The notes under the pieces were generated by a model that did not search any database, was not told the DNA's origin, and saw only the letters and a list, made by a program, of their open reading frames with translations. A stretch of 64,000 bases of DNA from Eubacteriales bacterium (GTDB lineage: Bacteria > Bacillota > Clostridia > Oscillospirales > CAG-272), in assembly GCA_045120465.1 (NCBI GenBank), contig JBGVEW010000035.1, positions 212-64,211 on the forward strand, in the 5' to 3' direction. The translations under genes and the position numbers were made by a program. Below are positions 45,329-54,900 of this stretch, piece by piece. The stretch's first letter is position 1; every line of letters starts with the position of its first letter.

Positions 45329-47863
45329 TTAGTTGGTTTCCTTCAGACTGACTTCCCAGATTCTGCTCAGAGGTCCGTTGTAAGGAGTGAGCTCGCTCTT
45401 GGGAGTGAGGGTCGATTCGTCAATGACGTTGGAGTTGTAGGCAAACAGGTCACTTCTCTGGTAGGTAGGCAGCTCAACCGCCAGCTCCATAACCAGATCC
45501 AAAGCCTGCTTGTAATACTCGATACGCTTCTTTTCATCGAGGGTCTCTCTTGCCTTGTCGATGATATCGGAGAGCTGCTTGATGAGTGCCAGCTCGGTAT
45601 CGTACTTATTACCGTTGTTTGCCTTGATTGCGCGGTAACCCCAGTTTGCGGTAGAGCCCGCGGTGGAGTCCATGTGGTAAACCTGATACATATCAGGGTC
45701 AACGCCCGCTCCCCATGCTGCTGCCCAAACGGTAAGGTCACCGTTGTTGAGCTTGGAGAGCGCGTTGATATCGGTCTTGACCTCAACCTTAAAGCCGTGC
45801 TTATTCAGAATATCCGCAGCCTGCTTGAGGGAGTTGTAAGCGGGGTGGTCGGTAGTATCGCCTGCAATGGTGAAGGTGTACTTACAAATGTCGTTACCCT
45901 TCTGGTAGATACCCTCGGCGTTCTTGGTGTAACCCGCCTGCTTTACCAGTTCCTCGCACTTTGCGCCCGTGGAGTCAAATGCGTAGTACTGACCCTCGAT
46001 GTCCTTAGGATATGCCCAGGATGCCATGGTCATAGGACGGGAGATGGAATAGGAGTAACCAAAGTAGTACTCAACCGCGAGGTTGGTGTTAACCGCGTGC
46101 ATGATCGCACGTCTGACGTTGATGTTGGGAACCTTTTCGGCGTTGATACCGATATAACCGTAACCGTTGGTCATAACGAAGGAGCTGGAGAATCCGTCAC
46201 CCTTCTTTGCCTCAAGGCTATCGATGTTCTCCTGCTTGCAGGCAGGCTCAACGAAGTGAACGCCGCCGGAGTACAGGGTATCGAGCATGAGGTTGGTGGA
46301 AACGACCTGATAGTTGATATACTTGATCTTAACGTCGAACATGAAGTGGCTGTTACGCTCGAAATATACGACGTTGTTTGCCTTGAAGGTACCTGCGCTG
46401 ACTGCGGAGGAGTCGCCGGTACGGGTGGTTGCCTTGTAAGGACCTGCGCCTACGGGAACACCGATCTTGTTGGGGTTCTTAACAACCTCATCCTGGAACT
46501 CGATGCTACCGAATTCCACGCCGAAGTTCTTCTCGTAGTCAAACTTCTTGATCTGTGCCTCGTTGGAGTAGTAGTACATAGGAGCAACGGTAAACGCGAA
46601 GTTCCAGATTGCCTTGGGGTCAACCTCGTTGATCTCAATCTCAAGGACCTCGTTACCCTTGGTTACGCTGCCGTCCTTAGCAAGCGTAGGAACGCCGTAC
46701 TCCACACCGTTAACGGTTACGCTCTCCTTGCGGTTTGCGTAGCGGATACCGGAAATGCTTTCAATTCTGTCCTCATCCTCGATGTTTTCAAAGTATGCCT
46801 GCTTTTCGAGGTAGGAGAAGTAGGTCAACAGCTCGGTAGCGGTTGCCCAGTAGGTGATAACCTCATCTACACGGTTGGGGAAATAGGTGTTGTAAACCGC
46901 GTTGATCGCCTGCTCCTCGGACCAGTTCTTGCACTGCTCCTCGTCAACGCTGTAGTCAAACTTGTATTCCTTCTTGTTCCAGGAAATGAAACCCTCGTTG
47001 TAAAGGAATGCCTCAGAGTCGGTAGTAAGAGTAACCTTCTTGCCGTTCTTATCGGTAAATACGATGTCCTCTGCGGTACCCTTTGCGTAGGTGTAGTCCT
47101 TCTTCAGCTCTTCCTTGAAGTACTTCTTAGCCAGCTCGTAGTCGTTGATGATCGTGCCATACTCGGGAAGCTCGGTCTTGAAGTCGTTCATAACAGCGGT
47201 AAGAGCATTAACCAGTTCATCTTCCTTCAGGCTCTTGCCCTCGTTATCGTCATAAACGATCTCAAGGCAGTCGCGGAGTCTCTGAACACGGTCAGCCGCG
47301 AGCGCGATGAACTGCTCGTCAAAGCTATCCTGCTCGTTTTCGTTCTTACTCTGGGTACGGTACTCATCCAAACCTACGATATCGGTGGAGTAGATGGTTG
47401 CGCTACCGTAGTAAGCGGGGTCAAGATAAACGTAAAGGTTGAACAGAACGTCCTTCATCGTAAGAGGAGAACCGTTGCTGAACTTGAGATTGTTCTTGAG
47501 AACGAAACGGTAAACCGTGGTCTTGGTATTACCCTGCGCATCCTTTTTGGGGATGGCTTCGTAGTCCAGAACGACGCACGCCTCGTCCTTACCGTATGCG
47601 ACCTTACCGTCCTTATCGGAGGAAAGCATCGAGATCTGCGTCATACCGACGATCTGACCGTCGGGACCGGAGGAGGAGTAGAAGGGGTTGAATACGCCGT
47701 CAAGCTCCGAGGTGGAAAGCACCAAACGGGTACTTTCGTTGTCGATAACTGCGCCTGTTCCGCTGGGATCACTCGGGTCGTTTCCGCAGCTCGCAAATAC
47801 TGCGGCAAGCGTTGCGATCGCCAGGATCAGAGCAAGCAGCTTTGTGCTGTTTCTTTTCATCAT
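45329..47863 (-). CDS. family-5 (OppA/DppA-type) ABC substrate-binding lipoprotein, enlarged (844 aa)
   Basis: Lipobox in ..LAAVFASCG and AAGGAG upstream. SBP_bac_5-like core (..GPYK.., ..PDMYQVYH..) with large insertions. Confidence 0.85.
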   Translation of the reverse strand: MMKRNSTKLLALILAIATLAAVFASCGNDPSDPSGTGAVIDNESTRLVLSTSELDGVFNPFYSSSGPDGQIVGMTQISMLSSDKDGKVAYGKDEACVVLDYEAIPKKDAQGNTKTTVYRFVLKNNLKFSNGSPLTMKDVLFNLYVYLDPAYYGSATIYSTDIVGLDEYRTQSKNENEQDSFDEQFIALAADRVQRLRDCLEIVYDDNEGKSLKEDELVNALTAVMNDFKTELPEYGTIINDYELAKKYFKEELKKDYTYAKGTAEDIVFTDKNGKKVTLTTDSEAFLYNEGFISWNKKEYKFDYSVDEEQCKNWSEEQAINAVYNTYFPNRVDEVITYWATATELLTYFSYLEKQAYFENIEDEDRIESISGIRYANRKESVTVNGVEYGVPTLAKDGSVTKGNEVLEIEINEVDPKAIWNFAFTVAPMYYYSNEAQIKKFDYEKNFGVEFGSIEFQDEVVKNPNKIGVPVGAGPYKATTRTGDSSAVSAGTFKANNVVYFERNSHFMFDVKIKYINYQVVSTNLMLDTLYSGGVHFVEPACKQENIDSLEAKKGDGFSSSFVMTNGYGYIGINAEKVPNINVRRAIMHAVNTNLAVEYYFGYSYSISRPMTMASWAYPKDIEGQYYAFDSTGAKCEELVKQAGYTKNAEGIYQKGNDICKYTFTIAGDTTDHPAYNSLKQAADILNKHGFKVEVKTDINALSKLNNGDLTVWAAAWGAGVDPDMYQVYHMDSTAGSTANWGYRAIKANNGNKYDTELALIKQLSDIIDKARETLDEKKRIEYYKQALDLVMELAVELPTYQRSDLFAYNSNVIDESTLTPKSELTPYNGPLSRIWEVSLKETN

Positions 47864-47879
47864 TACATCTCCTTATTTT

Positions 47880-48977
47880 TTAAGCCTGTGTTTCAGACTT
47901 CTTTTCAATCGTGATATTGGCAGTAAAGTCCGTTACGGTATTCTTGTCGCTCTCCTCATAGAGTGCCTCGTTCAAACGAGGAAGCTCCACATCGGACGCA
48001 ACCACGATCTTACCGTTGACTTGAACGTTTGTAATCTTACAACCGTTCGCTTCTCTTGCCAATGCTGCAACCTTCAGCGTTTTTGCCACGCTCTTGACCT
48101 CAAGGAACTCAAGCGTTACGTTGTCAAAGGTTACGTTGCGGATCTCGGCACCCTCGCCCAGATCCTGGAATACGGATGCGGAAGGCATAATCGCCGTACC
48201 AAACTGTTCAACGGTAAAGTTTTCCACCTTATGTCCGTTGCCCTCGAAAACATTGGAGAACGTTCTCTTGAAATCAAGCGTCTTGCCTTGGCAATCGATG
48301 TCACTCAAAAGATAGATGTTTCCATTTCCGATCGCGTTGTTCAGGGTGTCATAGCTGTCAACCAACAGCCAATCGCCCTGAATGTAGTCAACGTAAATGC
48401 GAATGTCCGTATCAACCGCGCCACCGGGATGCTTGGTTGTGAAATCCCATGCGTCGGTCAATTCTTTATTGGAGTAGTAACCGCTGGGGGTATAACCCTT
48501 GCGTGTCTTGGCAAACTCTCTCCAGTCCTCAAACACCTCATCGGCCGCAACCGAATAGCTGCCAAGCTGAATTTCCTTATCGCCGTCGGTATAGCAGACC
48601 GTAAACGTGTAAACAATCTCCTTTTCCCAACCGGCATAAAGGGTCAGTACTTCTTTGTTGATTTTATCCTTTGCAAAATCCCACTTTTGATCAGCCTTAC
48701 ATTCTGCGCTCGTGTACCAACCGGTAAAACGGTATCCCGAACGAAGGATCTCATAGTTGTTATACGTGGTCGGGTCGAGAATCAAGGAGCCCGGCTCGTA
48801 TGCGTAATTGATCTTGGTGGTAACGACGGAGGTCATGATATCCAGCTTTCCTTGATTGAGATCAAAGGTTGCGACATACATGCCGTCCAGATTTTGCGCG
48901 GCATTGCCGCACCCCGACAAAAGAATTGTCAGGGTGACGGTCAAGAGTGCCAAAAGGATCAGATGTTTTTTCTTCAT
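47880..48977 (-). CDS. lipoprotein with InlB-B/Flg_new repeats and a GLUG-type module start
   Basis: Lipobox in ..LTILLSGCG. Contains GYRFTGWYTSAECK...LTLYAGW and GYTPSGYYSNKEL, then FSNVFEGNGHKVENFTV. Its ATG overlaps the protease stop (ATGA at 48977-48974). Confidence 0.7.
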   Translation of the reverse strand: MKKKHLILLALLTVTLTILLSGCGNAAQNLDGMYVATFDLNQGKLDIMTSVVTTKINYAYEPGSLILDPTTYNNYEILRSGYRFTGWYTSAECKADQKWDFAKDKINKEVLTLYAGWEKEIVYTFTVCYTDGDKEIQLGSYSVAADEVFEDWREFAKTRKGYTPSGYYSNKELTDAWDFTTKHPGGAVDTDIRIYVDYIQGDWLLVDSYDTLNNAIGNGNIYLLSDIDCQGKTLDFKRTFSNVFEGNGHKVENFTVEQFGTAIMPSASVFQDLGEGAEIRNVTFDNVTLEFLEVKSVAKTLKVAALAREANGCKITNVQVNGKIVVASDVELPRLNEALYEESDKNTVTDFTANITIEKKSETQA

Positions 48978-51900
48978 TCTTCACCTTGCTCCTTTTCCTG
49001 CGTATCCTGCGTATCCTGCGCATCCTGTGCGTCTTGCACGTCCTGCGCATCGTTTTGCTCTTCCTCGACCTCCTCGGCAGCCTCAGCTTCCTGAGCGGTC
49101 TCGGTCGTCTCAGCAACCTCAGCCTCGGGCTCTGCCTCGATCATCGGCTGCGCCTGCTGCTTGCGCTTTTTACCGACGCTCAAACCAATGCCAACACCAA
49201 CACCCGCCAAAACGATTACCGCGCCGACAACGATCAGGATGATCGCCCAAACGGCCATACCGTCATCGGGAGTCGGTTCCTCGTCGGTTACGGGAGGCGT
49301 GTCGGGAGTATTGTCCTCGGGGATGTCTTCCTCGGGGAAGTGCTCCGCAAAGGTCTTGTCAAAGTCGGGAGTCATACCCATTGCCTTGGTAAGATCAGCG
49401 ATCTTTGCGGTCAGAACGCTTGCGTTTTCAACCGCCTGCTGCTCTTCTGCGCTCAGGCTGTTGAAGAATGTGCTTGCATCCTTGACTGCATTGAAGGAGT
49501 ACTCCGTGCAATCCATATCGTACAGGTGATTGATCTTATCCTCTGCAACGTCAACGTTGTATTCGCTGCGTGCCTTAAGGAAACGGTCGATCAATGCCTT
49601 TTCTACGGTTGCAAGCTCATCTGCCTGACCTTCGAGTGCGTTGTACGCATTGATCGCGGCATCGACCAGTGCTTTGTCAAAGCGGTCTGCCGTTTCGGGA
49701 AGCTTTTTAACAGCCTCGATAAACGCCAGTGCAAACTTGCCGGTGGTAGCGCCGGAGGTCTCCTCGCTTGCCTTGAAGTATGCCCGGTAGAGAACGCTGT
49801 CGTAGCCCTCGTTGTTATCGGGCAGGACGTAAGTCAAGTCGGATGCACCCTTGGACGCTACAACGTCAATGAAGTTCATGTAGTACAAAGGCATTGCAAC
49901 CTGATCGACTTCTCTGTAGTAGTAATCGTAACGGTAGAGCTTATCGAAATTGGGATACTCCTCAAGCGTTTCGGGAGTGATCTTGATCTCTTCACCCGTA
50001 ACGGTGCCCTCGAGGTGAGGTGCGTAGTAAGAATGGAAGACAACGGTCTTGAGATTCTCGCACGCATAGAATGCGTAGTTACCGATGCTCTTCATGGACT
50101 CGGGAAGGATCAGCTTCTCGATAAACGTGTTGTTCATCGCCGCGGTGTACTCGATTCTCACGGTACCGTCGGCAACCGCAAACTCGGTATTCTCCTTTGC
50201 AACGGGGTAAACGGACAGCACGTAGCCGTTGTTGACAACCGTGTAAAGAACGCCGTCGCGGATCATGATATGATCGGATTCGAAATCGTAAACCTTTTCA
50301 CCATCTACCATTGCGTAGAAGGTCTTGAAGGTTGTGCTCGAATCAAAGATGCTGAACTCAACGGTCTGGAGCGTGGGAGAAACCTCAAACTCTACTATGG
50401 AGGTCAGTGCAAACGCGCCAAAGCCGAGGTGCTCGAGCTTGGGAGCGGATACCGTGGTCAGATTTTGACAACCCGCAAACGCCTGATCGTAAATGTGGGT
50501 CGCTTCGGGAGCATATACGGACTGCAGATAGAACGCACCGCCCGTGTTTTCGGTTCCCTCCGCAAATGCCATCGAACCGATCTCAACGGCAGAGGAAAGA
50601 TCCAGATGCTCAGCGTGAGGCGCATCGTAGAATGCACCCATACCGATACGAACCACGTGAGACAGATCAATATCGGTCAAAGCGAGACATGCATAGAAGG
50701 TCAGATCCTCGATATCGGTCAGATTCTCGGAAAGAACGACACGCTGCAAGGATTGGCAAGCCGCAAATGCAGCACCGCCGATCTTGGTAACGTTCGAAAG
50801 ATCGATCTCGGTCAGATAAACGCATCCGTAGAAGCCGTATTCACCGATCTCGCGGAGAGCGGGCATATAAACGGTAGCAAAGCCTGCACCGCTGACAGCG
50901 TTTTCATCATCGCTGGGAGCAAATGCGTTGTCACCGATCACCTCAAGGCGTTCTGCGCTGAACGTCTTCAAGTTAGGACAGTCTGCAAAGCAAGCCTCGC
51001 CGATTTTGGTTACGTAGGGCATGTTTACGTCGGTCAGGGACAGACAATAGTAGAACGCATATGCGCCAAGTTCACCGGTCATCTTGGTAAAATCGATCGA
51101 AATCAGATCTTCGCATCCGTAGAATGCAGACTCGTCAACGGTAACACCGTCGCCCAGGAGGTTTACGACCTCAACGCCGCTTCCGCAGAATGCGTAAGCA
51201 CCGATCACGGCAGCCGCACCGAGCGTTACGCGCTCCAGGGACGTGCATCCGTAGAAGGCACCGATGCCGATCTCTACACCGTTTTGAGGGAGATTTACCT
51301 CAACCAAGCCGGTATTTTCGAATGCGAACCCACCAACGCGGGTCACGTTTTCGAGATTGATGGAAGTAAGCTTTTTGGATTCGCAGAATGCCATTTCACC
51401 GATTTGAACGTCACGTGCGGGAAGCACAACGCTCTTCAGTGCGTCACAGCTTGCAAACGCCGCCATGCCGATGGACTTGATGAGAGAGCCCTCTGCAAAG
51501 GTAACGGACGTCAGATAACGGTTTGCGGAGAACGCGCCGTCACCGATCTCCTTAACATGTGCGGGAACCTCATAATTGCCGAGGTTTGCATCGGGCAGTG
51601 CCAGAATCAGACGAGTGCCGTCCTTGCTGAACACGATGCCGTTTTCAACCTTGTAAAGCGCAGAAGCTTCCACGTTGAAGCTCATACCCTTGATGCCCTC
51701 AAACGTGCTCATGCCCGCAGACTCGATCTCGCTGTTTTCAGCAAAGATCAGCTCGGTCAAGCCACTGCTTGCGAATGCCAGATCACCCAAAACGAATGCG
51801 GAATTGGGAAGCGTCAGGCTTTCGAGATCGGTACATTTATAGAACGCACCGTATGCGATTTCCTCACACGCACCGCCAAAGATAACGGTTTCAAGGTTCT

Positions 51901-54900
51901 TACATCCGTTGAACGCCTCCTGACCCAAGTAGGTCAGATCGTTCTTGAACTCAACGCTCGTCAGCTTGGTGCAGCCCTTGAACGCGCTGTCCGGAACGGT
52001 ATCGCAATAGAGCACGATGCTCTTGATGGGAGTGTTTTCAAACATTTGCTCGGCGATACGGGTCTTTTCGCCAAGTACGACCGTTTCCAGCTTGGAGCAG
52101 TTCGCAAACGCTGCAACGCCGCTGCGGGAAAGGTTGGTCAGGATCGCCTCGCTGATACGCGTTTCTGCAAACGCCTTATCACCGAGAGCATAGATCGAAG
52201 AAAGATCAATGCCGCCCAGATCCTTACAGGTCAAGCTTTCGCACTGGTAGAATGCCTTGTTTGCAATGACGGTAACGTTTTCGAGGTTGATGTTTTCCAA
52301 GACCTCACAGCCCTCGAACGCGCTCTCACTAATGGTCTTACAGCTCTTGGGAAGCGTTACGCTACCAAGCTTATGACAACCGTAGAATGCGAATTTTTCA
52401 ATGGTTTCAACGTCCTCGGGGATCACTACGGAGGTTACCGTATCGTTTCCGAGTGCAGTCTTCTTATCGTCAAAATCGTAGTTTCCGTCCTCGTCCGTTT
52501 CAACCTCTTTCTCGTTATCGAGATCGTAATGGCTGAACGCGAACGCGCCAATCATCATAATACCCTCGTCACCGGGGATCACGACGTCGCCGCCCCAACC
52601 CTTGTAAGCAAGGAGCGTGCGTCCCTCGATCACGAATTCGCTCTTGACCTCAACCGACAGACGAGCCGCCAAAAGCGAGGGCTTACCGTCAATGAGGATC
52701 TGCAGAGTGATTCTTGCCTTACCCTCAGCCTGTGCGGTAACGACACCGTTTTCATCAACGGTTGCCGCCTTGGGATTACTCGTGGTCCACTTCAATTCGT
52801 ATTTATCGGGATCCAGATACCAAGGATCGAGCTGATAGTAAAGCTGGATCTTTTCGGAAGGATAGAATGCAAGACTGGAGCTGCCGCCAAAATAGTTGAT
52901 CGCACCCGTGACTCCGATTTCGGAATAATCGATGTCGGAATTGAAAGCAAACAACGTCTTATAGGAAGTAAATTTCAGATCCTCGACCTGCATCTTGTCG
53001 GGATTTTCCACCACCTGATCACTGACGTTTACAACCAACGTCTTGTAAAGAGGCTTTTCGGTGCCGTCGGTCGGATCGATAAACGTCCAATCCTTACCCG
53101 TAACGGTAATGGTTGCCTGACCTGCCTTACGTGCCTCGATCTGACCGTCCTGAATGGCAACGACCGTTTCATCGGAGGATGCCCAAGTCAGGTTCTGGAG
53201 GTAACCGGTTTCGATCACGTCTGCGTCCTTGCGAGCAAGGAACGTGGTCAAATCAAAGATCTGGTTGATATCCAGAGACAACGCAGAATCAAGGAATTCC
53301 AGCTCGGTGCTCTCGGTTTCGGGGAACGGAACGTAAGCGATACCGGAGTTCATTGCGTAGTCGTCGATGTAGAAGCAAATACCCTCGGGAGTGGAGGAAT
53401 TCTTCACCAGGTCGATGTAATCGGTGATTTCAACCGCAACCTTGGTAACCTTTCCTCTCTCTTCCTGATAGATCGGGATCGGATTGCCGCAAAGCGAGGA
53501 GTAGGTCTTTTTGATCGTGCCGTCCTCGGTGGTCTCACCCTGCGGATCGTCATAAACGATGATGGGGCGCAGAGACATCGCGTAATGGTTATCGTAAACC
53601 ATCAAATCAACGTAGTAGCGATTCTTCTTCATCGCCTTATCGTACTCGGTGCGGAAGGTCGCATCGGTAATGGAGGGTGCCTCGTAGTCGATGTAGAAGG
53701 AGAAGGAGTAAGTATCCTTGGAATTGCGGTTTTCACCGTCCCAGTCGAGCTTTGCGGACATCGTGACCTCAAAACGCTGGTTGTTGTATCCAAATACCTC
53801 ACCCGTCTGGTAATTTGCCATTGCCAAGCGGATCTGTGCGGCGTAGGGATACGGAGAACCGATAAAGTGCGACTTGTAGCAGTTATACTGGGTCTCGGAC
53901 CATACTTCCTCACCCGTAGTCGCGTTTTTGATCGAAATATTCAGCTCCTTCGCGCCGCGCAAAAGTCCGGTAAAGATTCCGTAAATACCGTTAATCGCAT
54001 CCGCGTAGTAAGAAACCGCTGCCTTATCCTCGGTTGCGGGAATCGGCGTGTACTTGCTCTCGTCCATTGCGTAAACGTAGCTGCCGAGAGGAAGCACGTA
54101 GTCGTAATAGTAGCTACCCAGGGGGGTGGTTGCGTAGTAATCCGCCTTGATCTTGTCCTCGTCGTCGATCGCGTTGTTGTGTGCCTCGGTCTCTACCTCG
54201 TAGTAATCAAGGTCGAAAATCGGAGCCTCACCCCAGTCGCCGTAGAAAGCAAGGAAGGGTGCGTTGAGGTCAACGCCGTTTGCATCGGTGCTGTCGAAGG
54301 TCAAAAATCCTTCTACGTACATACCGTTTTTAAAGCTTGCGTTCAGGTAAGACTTATCCGCCGCAGAAAGCGTCAGAGTAACCGTTACCTTTGCGGTCTT
54401 ACCCGCCTCAACCGAAACGACACCGTTTTTGAGGGTACCGTTTTCAACCGAATACTCGGCCGTGTTGGAGAGGATGTATCCCATCTCCGCTACGTACTCG
54501 GGATCGGAGGTGGAAAGCGTCTCGGTCATGGTAACGTTACCGATGGTGTAGCTGAGTGCCTTGTCGGAGATGTTTTTGAGGTTGATGCTCATCGTGTAAA
54601 CGCCGGTACGCTTGGGATCGTCAAAGAGCTCCAGCTTGGTCTTACCGATACCATCTACAAAGAGGTATGCGGGGGTCGTGGTTGCCTTTACGATATCCGC
54701 AATACCCGCTCCCTGCTTTCTGGGGGAGTAGGGATTGCCCTTGTGGTCAAGCGCGATGGTCGCGGTGGACATGCAGAGCTGGTTGACCAGGTCTCTGACC
54801 TGCTCAGGCTTCATCTCGGGATATTTTTCCTTGACGTACTGACGAATCAGGACGGTAATACCGCACATATTGGGGGCTGCCATACTGGTACCGCTCAATT

